Origin: Macrostomum lignano
Taxonomy: Eukaryota
Assembly (NCBI GenBank): GCA_002269645.1
Contig: NIVC01003436.1
Coordinates: forward strand, 1-64,000
Direction of reading: 5' to 3'
Length of the DNA stretch: 64,000 bases
Shown here: piece after piece, positions 34,934 to 47,345 of the stretch
Layout: each line of letters begins with the position of its first letter
Numbering within the stretch: position 1 is the first letter of the stretch
Translations under genes and position numbers: made by a program
The notes under the pieces: model-generated
The model's database searches: none
The model's input: only the letters and a program-made list of their open reading frames with translations
What the model was told of the DNA's origin: nothing

Positions 34934-37900
34934 ACACTCCTTCAGAACCATAGGCTACTCCTTCAGAACCATAGGCTACTCATTCAGAACCATAGGCTAC
35001 TCCTTCAGAACCATAGGCTACTCCTTCAGAACCATAGGCTACTCCTTCAGAACCATAGGCTACTCCTTCAGAACCATAGGCTACTCCTTCAGAACCATAG
35101 GCTACTCCTTCAGAACCATAGGCTACTCCTTCAGAACCATAGGCTACTCATTCAGAACCATAGGCTACTCCTTCAGAACCATAGGCTACTCATTCAGAAC
35201 CATAGGCTACTCATTCAGAACCATAGGCTACTCCTTCAGAACCATAGGCTACTCCTTCAGAACCATAGGCTACTCATTCAGAACCATAGGCTACTCCTTC
35301 AGAACCATAGGCTACTCCTTCAGAACCATAGGCTACTCCTTCAGAACCATAGGCTACTCCTTCAGAACCATAGGCTACTCCTTCAGAACCATAGGCTACT
35401 CCTTCAGAACCATAGGCTACTCCTTCAGAACCATAGGCTACTCCTTCAGAACCATAGGCTACTCATTCAACACCATAGGCTACTCATTCAGTACTATAGG
35501 CTACTCATTCAGTACCATAGGCTACTCATTCAACACCATAGGCAACTCATTCAGTAACATAGGCTACTCATTCAACACCATAGACTACTCATTCAGTAAC
35601 ATAGGCTACTCATTCAACACCTTGGGCTACTCCATAAGTACCATAGCCTACTCCATCCAGCACCTATATGCTGCTCCATTAGTACATTAGGCTACTCCTT
35701 CAGTTACCCGTATACGAGTGCCTATCAGGTTGTGCTATTCTCTCTGGTTCTGACGTATTGTTTTAATTTACTAAACTCTGTTTGGTTTGTCCTTAATCGG
35801 TTCTAAATCCGCCCCAGTTGCCAACCCGATTCGCTCGCTGCGACGCAAACTGGGAGGCTCCGTCTGGCACAGAGCGACCCCTAGGCTGCAGACAAATATT
35901 GACTGGGACGGCCTTAATATCCGCCATCCGGGAGGCTGGAACTAAAAATGAGGACTTGACGCCGCCCACGCAATTCCGATTGAGTTTTTTTGAGGGCTAC
36001 TCCATAAGTACCTTAGGCTACTCCTTCAGTTACCATAGGCTAAGTTACCTTAGGCTACTCCTTCAGCACCTTGGGCTACTCCTTCAGCACCTTGTGCTAC
36101 TCCTTCAGCACCTTAGGCTACTCATTCAGTACCAAAGGCTACTCATTCAGTACCAAAGGCTACTCATTCAGTAAAATAGGCTAATCATTCAGTACCATAG
36201 GCTACTCATTCAACACCATAGGCTACTCATTCAGTACCAAAGGCTACTCCTTCAGTACTATAGGCTACTCCTTCAGCACCTTAGGCTACTCCTTCAGTAC
36301 CTTGGGCTACTCCTTCAGTACTATAGGCTACTCCTTCAGTACCTTGGGCTACTCCTTCAGTACTATAGGCTACTCCTTCAGCACCATAGGCTACTCCTTC
36401 AGCACCTTAGGCTACTCCTTCAGTACCTTGGGCTACTCCTTCAGCACCTTGGGCTACTTAAGGAGTAGCTAAGGAGTAGCTACTTAAGGAGTCGACGCCA
36501 ACCGGAGAGACGGCTCAGCGTGCTTAGCTACGCCGATGACCTCGCCCTGCTGTCCTCAACCGTCGAGGGTGCCCAACGACAGCTGGATAGGCTGGTTGCC
36601 GTTGCGGCGAGCGTCGACCTGGTGGTCAACACGCAGAAGACCGTCGTGCTATGCGTGCCGGACGACACCGAGGCTGCAATCTTCTGCCGAGGCGCTGACG
36701 GACAGGCGAGTGAGCTTCCAAGATGTCAGCAGTTCGTCTACCTCGGCGGTCTGGTTCCCCACGTCCGCGAGGATCTGCGGCGTCGCCGAGGACTTGCTTG
36801 GGCTGCCTTTCGTTCTATAAGGTCAGTCCTGCAGTCCGAGGCCCTACCGGACCGCCAGAGGGCGGCGCTGTTCCAGGCGGTGATCGAGACCGTCCTGTTA
36901 TACAACGCCGAGACCTGGACGCTGACAGACTCGCTCGAGGCTCAAGTCGACGCGGCGCACGCTGGCCTGCTGCGCGCCGCCTTCAAGATCGGCAACGAGC
37001 GAGTCACCAACACGGCGCTTTATCATCGCGCCGGCCTGGCCCGTCCTAGCGATCTGCTGCGCCGTCGGCGACTCCAGCTGGCAGGCCACGTCATCCGCGC
37101 CGAGGCCTACTGTCCGGAGCCGGTGCAGGAGGTGCTGCTACTTACGTTGCAGGCACCCTACCGGCGGGGACAGGCGAGGACTCGGCGCTACGTTAACTGT
37201 CTGCTGGCTGACGCCGGCGCCCCGGACTCAGCCGGCGGTGCGGCCTTTGTTCGCGCCCAAGCTTCGAAGCGCGCTATCTGACGCTGCTTTTGCGAACTGA
37301 CAGCGTACTCTGTTGCTGTTGTTGTTGTTGGGCTACTCTATCAGCACCTTGGGCTACTCCTTCAGCACCTTAGGCTACTCCTTCAGTACCTTGGGCTACT
37401 CCTTCAGTACTATAGGCTACTCCTTCAGTACTATAGGCTACTCCTTCAGCACCTTGGGCTACTCCTTCAGTACTATTGGCTACTCCTTCAGTACCTTGGG
37501 CTACTCCTTCAGTACTATAGGCTACTCCTTCAGCACCTTGGGCTACTCCTTCAGTACTATAGGCTACTCCTTCAGCACCTTGGGCTACTCCTTCAGTACT
37601 ATAGGCTACTCCTTCAGTACTATAGGCTACTCCTTCAGCACCTTGGGCTACTCCTTCAGCACCTTGGGCTACTTCTTCAGCACCTTGGGCTACTCCTTCA
37701 GCACCTTGGGCTACTCCTTCAGCACCTTGGGCTACTCCTTCAGTACTATAGGCTACTCCTTCAGTACCTTGGGCTACTCCTTCAGTACTATAGGCTACTC
37801 CTTCAGTACTATAGGCTACTCCTTCAGCACCTTGGGCTACTCCTTCAGCACCTTGGGCTACTCCTTCAGCACCTTGGGCTACTCCTTCAGTACTATAGGC

Positions 37901-38055
37901 TACTCCTTCAGTACTATAGGCTACTCCTTCAGCACCTTGGGCTACTCCTGCAGCACCTTGGGCTACTCCTTCAGCACCTTGGGCTACTCCTTCAGCACCT
38001 TGGGCTACTCCTTCAGCACCTTGGGCTACTCTGTCAGCACCTTAGGCTACTTCTT
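34934..38055. repeat. 21-bp minisatellite (ttcag(a/t/c)acc(ata/ttg)ggctactcc)n in three blocks: 34934-35705, 35996-36458, 37328-38055
   Basis: One family interrupted by ~290 bp of unique sequence and by a LINE. Confidence 0.95.
36491..37327 (+). mobile_element. 5'-truncated RTE-clade non-LTR retrotransposon (RT C-terminal half, ORF to 37281)
   Basis: YADD, KT.V, F.YLG, R...AW.AF and LLYNAETWTLT motifs in an uninterrupted frame. (TGT)n tail. TSD TTGGGCTACT at 36449-36458 and 37328-37337. Confidence 0.92.
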
Positions 38056-38732
38056 TTAGCTCCCCTACGGTACCAAATGCCCAATTTTAATGCCTTTCCT
38101 TGTTTTGCTGATGCATTTTACCCAGTAATTTACAATTATCCAGCAGTTATCCAGCCGGGGGCCACAGACTCGTGAATAACCGAAGTCGTAAATCTTAGCA
38201 GACTGTTTAAGTCAGAGCGGCATTTTTATGAAGGCCTCTGATAACCTCAGTTCAATGGCTCTATATTGAGCAAGCCATGAATGACTTAGAAAGAGTGCAT
38301 AAAAATGGAGAATACCGGAGCATGAGGCTACAGAATATTTTACATTCTTAGAAATTTTTACGCAATAATACTATTATTAATAACGCAGAAGATCTCTGAT
38401 CTGCCTGGCGAAACGTCACCCAACCAGCGCTGAGGCAATTCGAACTGTCGGGCATGTGCACTCTCTCTGTGCATTGCGAGTTGGCCTTCGTGGCTGCAAA
38501 TCGCACGAAAATCCCCAAGCAGGCCAAATTTTGCGCACACGAGTCCCATTGTACATAAATACGAATAATTAATAGCGCAAAAAGTGGATTCATCCAAAAT
38601 TTATATTTTAGACCTTCCTAAGCTGTTCTCCCAGCAGCCGAATCAAGTATGAAATATGGAGAGCTTTGCCACTCAGCATGTTAGTGAAACATTTAGATTG
38701 CATTTGGCTCCGGCGAGAGTTTTTAGAGGGGA

Positions 38733-39040
38733 AGAGGCGCCAGTTGCCGATCAGAGATGGGGAAGCCGCGGGAAGGCGGAGAGGCGCCATTTGCCGATCA
38801 GAGATGGGGAAAGCCGCAGGAAGGCGGAGAGGCGCCAGTTGCCGATCAGAGACGGGGGAAGCCGCGGGAAGGCGGAGAGGCGCCAGTTGCCGATCAGAGA
38901 CGGGGAAGCCGCGGGAAGGCGGAGAGGCGCCGTTTGCCGATCAGACGGGGGAAGTCGCGGAATGGCGGAGAGGCGCCGTTTGCCGATCAGACGGGGAAGC
39001 CGCGGGAAGGCGGAGAGGCGCCAGTTGCCGATCAGAGACG
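38733..39040. repeat. ~39-41-bp GC-rich tandem repeat (gggaagccgcgggaaggcggagaggcgccagttgccgatcagagac), ~8 copies
   Basis: Directly visible. Confidence 0.92.
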
Positions 39041-39989
39041 CATCGATGAACATCGATGATCGACGGGACTGCGGCTTCCACTAATGCAGACAGGTTTCAT
39101 TAACCTTTAGGCCTAAGGGCAATTCTATGCATTCCCAAGAAAAGGAAGCAGACAGAGGAGAGAGGTAGAGAGATAGCATATCAGCTTTGGTCAGCTAAGT
39201 AGCTAAATACTTGGACTGTAAACATGCCAGCGAGTGAAGGTAAAAAAAACAGGTCAACAGCCGCTAAGCGATCAGATGAGAAGGGATGAGAAGGGCTCTC
39301 TAGTGCCGTTGCAGTGGGGCGGAAACGGCACTCAGACCTGCTAATTTTAGCTGCTCGACTCATATCGGATGAGTTGGAGGCAGAGCAGCCCCGATAGAGC
39401 AGCGCATGCTGGGTTGCAGGAGCATTGAATACGAAAGCAGCGTCCAAAATAGCAGCAGTCCCTGGATCGATAAGGCAAAGCAGGCGCGACTTTCAGCTTG
39501 GCGATGATAGACTGAGGCCTCCAGCCCCTCTACCCGCGAGCATTTTAACAAAGCAAACCCGGAAAATCGAAGTGCCGAGAGCAATTAATTTAATGAAAGT
39601 CTGCGATGCATGCAGATTGCAGACTGAAGTGCAGCGGGCCATCCGGAGTGCTCAATTCAAAGCCGGCTTAGACGTTTTGTGTTTTCTTCTATGCTGGATT
39701 TGTCATAATACGCAGCGCTTTTCCGGATTTTGTGAAAAATTCAGATAGCCCCGTGGACTCGTTAAAGCAATTAAAGTAATTGAGTTTTACTGTCCTGCGA
39801 CTGGCTCGGTGTGAAAATTCCAGACTGCTTGTCTGCACAATGGTCGGTGTAACTGGCGACCAATTAACGTAATCTGTTGGCACTACGCTCGTGGCAACGT
39901 CTTCAAATTTTGTAACACATTCTGCTATTGGCCAGCTGACTTGTTTTGCTAGCTGTTTCTTGGAACAGATTTCTAATTTATATCAGAGC

Positions 39990-40325
39990 CGGGGGCACCA
40001 GGGAGTCGGATGGTGGGAGCTGGGGCACCAGGGAGTCGGATGGTGGGAGCTGGGGCACCAGGGAGTCGGATGGTGGGAGCTGGGGTACCAGGGGTTCCGA
40101 TGATGGGAGCTGGGGCACCAGGGAGTCGGATGGTGGGAGCTGGGGTACCAGGGGTTCCGATGATGGGAGCTGGGGCACCAGGGAGTCGGATGGTGGGAGC
40201 TGGGGTACCAGGGGTTCCGATGATGGGAGCTGGGGCACCAGGGAGTCGGATGGTGGGAGCTGGGGTACCAGGGGTTCCGATGATGGGAGCTGGGGCACCA
40301 GGGAGTCGGATGGCGGGAGCTGGGG
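39990..40325. repeat. 30-bp minisatellite with alternating A/B variants, ~11 copies
   Basis: tggggcaccagggagtcggatggtgggagc alternates with tggggtaccaggggttccgatgatgggagc. Confidence 0.95.
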
Positions 40326-41065
40326 ACGACATACCGGAAGCAAACAACATGTATGATATCAGCTATATAGAAATTTTAAAGTGGCAATCGGAAGCAGACC
40401 AGATGTAACAAAATCAAGCATTTTTTATTCTCAAATTCATCTTTCATTACAAGGTTCAGTGTTTTATTTTTATCAAATTTCAGGTCCGGCAAAAGTCATT
40501 AACGATGTCCGGGCCGTTTGCCAGAATCTGGCATAGTCAGGACAGATGTCCTTGTCGGCAAACGCTTAGTTAAAGAGCTGATCAAAATATAGCAACCTTT
40601 GACAATATTTGCAAAGCTAAAAATGATGCTTTGGACATCGGATATGGCCGGACCATTAGCTCAGCGATTCTTTCCACGCATTTTTTTCAGCTCCTAAACT
40701 GAGAATTCTTGTCTGCTTTAGTGCTAGGCGTCTCTGTACTCTAATTAATTAGTCATTACTTGTTCACAGACTCCGCCTCAGAGGCAGAGCGGAATAAGAG
40801 TTACATTCCTTCATTCTCTCGGACTCATCGTCTGGTAATTCAATCTTGAGTCTAAAACGCTGCAACACAGTACTCAGCCATGCAGTCAGTCTGAGGGCCT
40901 TCAGGGGATTTGCACTTGCCGCAGACCACAGGACAAGGCAGAAGAAAACCGATGTCTTGTCGATATCCATCAGACTTCAAGCAAAGTCGCTTAACTCCCT
41001 GCTCAGACACAAAGACAGTCAATTAAGTGTCTCGGGTGGTGCATCTGAGGGAAGTCACTGCGGGA

Positions 41066-41386
41066 CTCACTGATGCATCGGAAGGAAAGAGCAGCGGGAC
41101 TCACTGATGTATCGGAAGGAAAGAACGGCGGGACTCTCTGATGCATCGGAAGGAAAGAACGGCGGGACTCTCTGATGCATCGGAAGGAAAGAACGGCGGG
41201 ACTCTCTGATGCATCGGAAGGAAAGAACGGCGGGACTCTCTGATGCATCGGAAGGAAAGAACGGCGGGACTCTCTGATGCATCGGAAGGAAAGAACGGCG
41301 GGACTCTCTGATGCATCGGAAGGAAAGAACGGCGGGACTCTCTGATGCATCGGAAGGAAAGAACGGCGGGACTCTCTGATGCATCA
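41066..41386. repeat. 34-bp tandem repeat (gggactctctgatgcatcggaaggaaagaacggc), ~9-10 copies
   Basis: Period 34 (41130 to 41164). Confidence 0.95.
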
Positions 41387-41942
41387 GAGGGAAGCCACGG
41401 CTTGTAAACATGTACCTGAAATATGCGGTCAGTTATTTTTATTCTTGTACGTGATTATTGCAAACAGAGAGCTTGAAGTCTCAACCAATTTAATCTCGGC
41501 AAACTCTTTCAGAGATCCAGAAGCAGATAAAAGCAACCCGCTTTGATCTCCTACCGATTGACGGATCAACGAATGGTAGCAGCCAAACGGTCGTGTCTCG
41601 TCCGTCATCACCGGGCATCGAGCTTGCAGTAAATTGTGCGTGCCCAGACGGGCGAATTACAAATTGAAATTCTAATCCTGGCTGGCTTTCTGGAGCCCCC
41701 CCCCCGGTCCCAAGGACGGCCGTATGCAGTCGTCTCTCAGGCTGGCTGGCTTGGCTGATCAAGCGAACCACTTCTGATTGGCCAGGGCGCGTGATCCAAT
41801 GACGCTCTTGCCTAGCGAAATCCAGAGAGGACAAAATTGGCAAAGGGCTTTCCTGAGCGGAGCAAACGTCAGACTAAAATCAGCGGTGACTAAGTGACCA
41901 ACTGCCAAGAGTTACACTGAGAGAATCATTTACCTGGATAGC

Positions 41943-43259
41943 ATGAATGATACAGTCGACTTGACTGAGGATGAGCAGCTCTATTGGTCATTGCTGCTGC
42001 CCTCCTACATCCTGAGCCTGTGCGTCTCGCTGGCGGCGCTGCTGTCCCTGGTCTTCACTCTGTGGATCTTCGCCAGAAAGAGGGACGCCACAGCCGGAGC
42101 TCGGGGCATGGTGCTGCTGATTGTTACTGGGCTGCTCACGTCCGCAGCGCTCACCGTGCTGCATGTGAGCAGCATCTTCGGTCTCACAGGTGCTGGCGGG
42201 TCCAGCAGATCAGCTGGGAATTCTACATCTTCACTGGAGATTTTCGCTGACGCGCAGTACCTTGTGACCAACGCCAGCCTCCTGCTGCGCAACTGGTGGG
42301 TCACATTTCTCACCGGGATCCGTTTCATCGTAATCCTCTTCCCGCTGCACGTCCCGGAAATTCTTACGCGTCGCCGGCAGTCGGTGGCCTTCGGCCTCAT
42401 CCTCTGCCTGTCCGTGGCCATCAGCGTTCTGAGACACGTCGAAGAGAAATCCTGCAACGTCCCTGTTGGCATACTTGACGCCAATGTGACTGCTCAGCAG
42501 GAGCAGCAAGCCTCCTTGCTGTGCGAGCGCTTCATTCTGTTCTTCTTCGTGATGCAAACCGGAATCCCCGTGCCCGCTGTGCTGGTACTCTCCGTGGCTC
42601 TGGCCATGCACCTCTGCGCCGCTCGGGAGCCTTCGGACGCCTCAACCGCGTCTGGCGGTTACGTCAGGAGATCAGACTCCACCGTCTCATCGAACGCGCT
42701 CTCGACCACCTCAGCCGTGACGGTTGGGGCCGCGTGGCGCCAGCAGAACCAGTTGGCCACGTCTTCAATCGCGAAGAACCGAGGGCGCTGCAGGAAGCGC
42801 AAGGCGACCAGAATTCTGCTGGTCCTGGCGGCCACCTTCACCGTACTGGAGCTGCCTACCTTTGTCTACTTCATCCTGCTGCACTTCTTTCCAAGCTTCC
42901 GCAGCGACAGCCACGTCAAGAATCAGCTTATCTTCTCCGTTTTGAACGCGCTGATAACGCTGGACACACTGGCAAACTTTTTTGTCTTCTTCGTATTCTC
43001 GGATTCGTTCAAGCGCGAAGTTCAGAACTGCTTCCGGCGCCGGCTGCCTCTGCCGGAGTTTTGCCGTCGCGCAGAGAAGCGGCAGCGGCTGGGTAACCTG
43101 CGCGACGGCGGCAGCGACGTCAGAGGCAGATGCGGCGACGCGCTGGTCAGCAGCGTCAGCAACGGGGCGGCCGACCTGGACCTGGCCGTAGTGGCGGGCG
43201 GCAGTGCGGCGCGGACTCCGCTGACCACTCCGACCGCGATGCCGGAGCTGTACGACTGA
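41943..43259 (+). CDS. Intronless class A (rhodopsin-like) GPCR, peptide-receptor-like, 438 aa
   Basis: Seven hydrophobic segments. TM3 is NWWVTFLTGIRFIVILFP, TM6 is KATRILLVLAATFTVLELP, and TM7/H8 is LANFFVFFVFSDSFKREV. This pattern is typical of FMRFamide/sex-peptide-receptor-like invertebrate GPCRs. Confidence 0.88.
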   Translation: MNDTVDLTEDEQLYWSLLLPSYILSLCVSLAALLSLVFTLWIFARKRDATAGARGMVLLIVTGLLTSAALTVLHVSSIFGLTGAGGSSRSAGNSTSSLEIFADAQYLVTNASLLLRNWWVTFLTGIRFIVILFPLHVPEILTRRRQSVAFGLILCLSVAISVLRHVEEKSCNVPVGILDANVTAQQEQQASLLCERFILFFFVMQTGIPVPAVLVLSVALAMHLCAAREPSDASTASGGYVRRSDSTVSSNALSTTSAVTVGAAWRQQNQLATSSIAKNRGRCRKRKATRILLVLAATFTVLELPTFVYFILLHFFPSFRSDSHVKNQLIFSVLNALITLDTLANFFVFFVFSDSFKREVQNCFRRRLPLPEFCRRAEKRQRLGNLRDGGSDVRGRCGDALVSSVSNGAADLDLAVVAGGSAARTPLTTPTAMPELYD

Positions 43260-44935
43260 GCGGCTCGGGCCATCTGACAGCTGGTTGGCGCTCATTCACT
43301 CACCCACAGTGACTGGCCGAGTGAAGCATTGACTGGGCTGCCTGAAATCGACTGGCTGGCTAACTGAATTCCTGTCGCGTTGCAACTAATAATTACAATT
43401 GTAGATCGTTCTGCTGTATTAACTCTGTTGTGAAAGTTGGCATACCGACAATTGGGGCGTCGAGCTTTGGGGATTCGGGGATTCGGTCGAAGCTAGTACG
43501 CACTCGACCCCCACAGTCTCAGCACTGGTCTCAAAATAACAGCGTTAGTTTCAAGCGCTGGCTAGCACACCTGGCCACCTCTCAGATGGTCCGGTGTATT
43601 TATATTTTCTGAGTAGCAATACTCGTATCAAGTCTACAGTAAATTGGTTTGTGATGACTTCTATCTATAATTTTTTGAATATTAATTAAACCCACTTTTT
43701 TAAAATCGAATTTGCGACAACCGAGCATACTTGTACCATATTTTACGTACACACATTTGTGCCGCGCGACAAAAAGAAATTCCTGTAATTTCACACCAAT
43801 TAAGTCAGTAGTAGATTGTAGATCTCGTTATCATTTTTTTGCAAACATGTCGGTCACTGCATCCCCGTGTTCGTTTTTCTGAGATTAGCCGATTATAATG
43901 TTTCAACTTGCAGCCCTGTAACTCTGCAATGCCCCCCACACACACACTCAACACATAATATACTGGCGCATGGAAAATATATATTCAGCAGTGAAAACCT
44001 AATAATTTTGTTTGCTTGTTTTCAGGGGGCTTTGGCCACTGTTGCAAATCAAGGTGACGGGCGCCCTGCGGTCAGCAAGGAGGCTAGCAGTCATGCTATT
44101 CCGCCGGCCCCTGAGCAGGTACTCGCTCATGGAGCGTAGACAGGCACACTCTCACTCGGGATGCACAGAGGCCCTGATTTTCAAATCCCGACAAGCCTGA
44201 CAAGTGCCAGGGCAATGTTCGCTCGCGAGCTCCTCCGAGCATGGAATCGAACCCAGATACTGTGTCGTGAGAGTCGGAAAGCATATTGACTTTTGCTCAA
44301 CTGCAGAGTGGGAATCGCCCATTCTGTGGGTCCCAGAGCCAGTCTTAAGGAGGTCCGCAGTTCCCTCTTGTGTAATGTGTAATCTCTGCTTGTTGAGAAG
44401 GGGGCCATCTAGTCTCGTAGAGGAACCTAACGAGTCGCGGGTTGTCCTGCAGACGATCCTTGTCGAATTCCGGGCAACCAAGGCACGAGCTTAATTAGGT
44501 TTTCTCGGAAAAGTACTTTTTGTGCGATCAGAGAAATTATTAATCAGAGAAGCAAATTTTGCGCTCAGGACACTCACTTCAAAGTGGGGGCAGTTATATT
44601 TCCAAGAAACCTGTTCTCCACCTAACGCGCGCGTGCCTCTAAGATCGCCAGAAAAAAGGTGAGAAATCTCTACCCCAGAAGAAAGTCACGTCAGCTACTT
44701 TCACTTGAACATAATCTTGGCGGATTCGCTAATCTCCAATTATAACTGGCCGGTTCTCGGCAGTAAAGTCTCCCAGATTAACTGGCAAGCCGCTTTGTCC
44801 CCACTCGATCCATAACCGAAATGATCTGGGAAAACGTGTAACAAAAGCCAGTCAAGTCAGCCAGTCAGAGTCCGCAATCGCAGAACCTCTTTTAAAGTGC
44901 ATGCTGAGATTTAGTTAACCGTTAACTTCAGGACC

Positions 44936-45225
44936 CAATGGACAGGACCCTTACCGAATGGACAGGACCCTTGCCGAATGAACAGGACCCTTGCCGAATG
45001 GACAGGCCCTTGCCGAATGGACAGGACCCTTGCCAAATGGACAGGACCCTTACCAAATGGACAGGACCCTTGCCGAATGGACAGGACCCTTGCCGAATGG
45101 ACAGGACCCTTGCCGAATGGACAGGACCCTTGCCGAATGGACAGGACCCTTACCAAATGGACAGGACCCTTGCCGAATGGACAGGACACTCACCGAATGG
45201 ACACGACCATCACACCATGAACAGG
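44936..45225. repeat. 20-bp minisatellite (gaatggacaggacccttgcc)n
   Basis: About 14 units. Confidence 0.94.
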
Positions 45226-46109
45226 ACCACCATTCAATCTGTATAACTAAATATAAGCTGTGAATCGAAGTTACCGATACAGTAACCTGATCTTGGGGTT
45301 TTGAGTATTCTTTACTCATAAAGCAAGTTAATTGCCCAATCAAAATCAATTTTTTCTTACTTTGAAGCTACAGCGAGCCTTCAACAACAGACATCGACAA
45401 AATTGATGCCCTGTGGGTTGGCTAAGAAGATGATGCGGTACTTGGACATGTCCAGAATCCGATACTTGGTTGTTTTGGAAATTTGAGCCTTGTTTTCTCG
45501 CGGTACAAGACCGAGAGGACGAGGGCGAGAGAGAAGCGAGAAATGAGAAAATATGAAACTGTAGCGGCGCAGACTCGCTACTCAGGGACCTGAGAGCCGT
45601 CCGTGATTCAAGCAAGCCATTGCTCAGCAAAAAATCTAGAACATTGCAACACTGCAGCAGCTGAGTAGCTTCACTCCCCCACGGCACCACCTCCTATCTG
45701 CGCCACTGCTCAGATATTCAGGATAGACGCAGGTCAAAGCCAAAGTTTTTATTGCCTGCAGGCAGGGGGGGGGGGTGGCCAGCAGAAACTTGAAACAGGC
45801 TGTCGGCGAGGCAGCTGGGACTGCATCAATTATGCAGGGGCACGCGAGGCCTCAAACTGCGGCCGTCGCGCATCCGCCACAACACGTAAGCACAAGCAGA
45901 TATGGATACCTGTTATTGCCATGATAATATCCGGGACTGATTAGGCTTGGTATTGATGCTTAAACGGTAATTTAACCATTTAGCTATATGACACAGGGCT
46001 GCTTCATTCTAGAAAAAAGTACACTGCAAATTGCCATCAACGAGCTGCATGTAGACACGCTAGTTGAATTTTAGTTGTTTGTGTTCTTTTTCTCGTTGAG
46101 TGCCATTGA

Positions 46110-46290
46110 CGCCAGAGACGTCACAATGATGACGCCAGCCACCGAAGTGGCGCCAGCTACCAAAATGACGCCAGCTACCAAAGTAACACCAGCTACCTAA
46201 GTGACGCCAGCTACCGAAGTGACGCCATGCAGCTACCGAAGTGACGCCATGCAGCTACCGAAGTGACGCCATGAAGCTACCGAAGTGACG
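46110..46290. repeat. 18/22-bp short array (gacgcca(tgca)gctaccgaagt)
   Basis: About 8 degenerate units. Confidence 0.8.
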
Positions 46291-47189
46291 CCATGCACTT
46301 CCCTGTGACTGCTGCTGGAAGCTGGCTGCAACGAGCTGCCTGTCAGTGCACACATGTCTAAGCTATCTAAATTTCGCCTACTTGTAACTCTGGTGTCAAG
46401 GACCGCTAGAATTAACGGTGACTTCTAGGGGTCCTTGGCTGGTGTTCGAAGAGGGTCTCTTATTTGCTGCTTCCGCACATCCTGCGATTGTTTTTTGACT
46501 GATTTGATGCACCGAGCACACAGCAAAGTTCGGAGAAGGCTACGCATGACCCATTATGGAAATTGAGTTGAGCAATCTTATATATAAGCGAATTGGATTT
46601 TTGCGGTTTCTTTGAGCACTTTGATTACTTTAGCTCTGCTAAACTGCACAAACTGTGGTAGCAATCCCTGAGTATCGCAGAAACTTTTCCGGTCACTGGC
46701 ACTGTGCAGCGGATTAGGTTATTATAATTAAATGCACTATTAAGCCTAATAGAAACTCGCTACCAAAACTGCAAATCACTTTGTCACGGAAGGGCACTGC
46801 CTCGCATCACTATGCACAGCGTTATCTTTGCCGCAACCTGGGTGATTCAAAATGTCAGGAATGATGCCAGTGTCTAGCATCGGTGCCATAAGACTGAACT
46901 AAACACACTAGTGTACACAGCCTTCCTTCACATGCAGTCTTAGAAGATTGCGTCCCCTGCGAAAGCACCAGTACTGCTCCAGCAAGGCCTCTTGACTGGC
47001 TGGCTGGCTGACAGGCAGCGGGTGACTTGAGTTGAGTAACGTAAGAATAAAAGCACTGCTTACTTGAAAGCATGTATTTTATTGATTTTAAAGTGCGCGG
47101 GCACGGCTGATTGTCAGCCTTTCGGATTTCCAATTCCAAATAAGCCCAATTGATACAGAGCTTTTTTGTCTGTAGCTCACATGATTGCT

Positions 47190-47345
47190 TGTGAAGTGTC
47201 CCGCCTGTGAAGTATCGCGTTTGGAAGTATCCCGCTTGTGAAGTTTGTGGTGCCTGTGAAGTGAATATCGTGTCTGTGAGTATTGTGTTTGTGAAGTATC
47301 ATGTTTGTGAAGTATCGTGCCTGTGAAGTATCGTGCCTGTGAAGT
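47190..47345. repeat. ~16-bp degenerate array (gtgaagtatcgtgcct)
   Basis: About 9 degenerate units. Confidence 0.75.

Noticed and set aside
40483-40654. Short element with imperfect ggtccggc...gccggacc ends
   Set aside because: Arms are only ~8 bp plus a gapped 7 bp, and there is no TSD.
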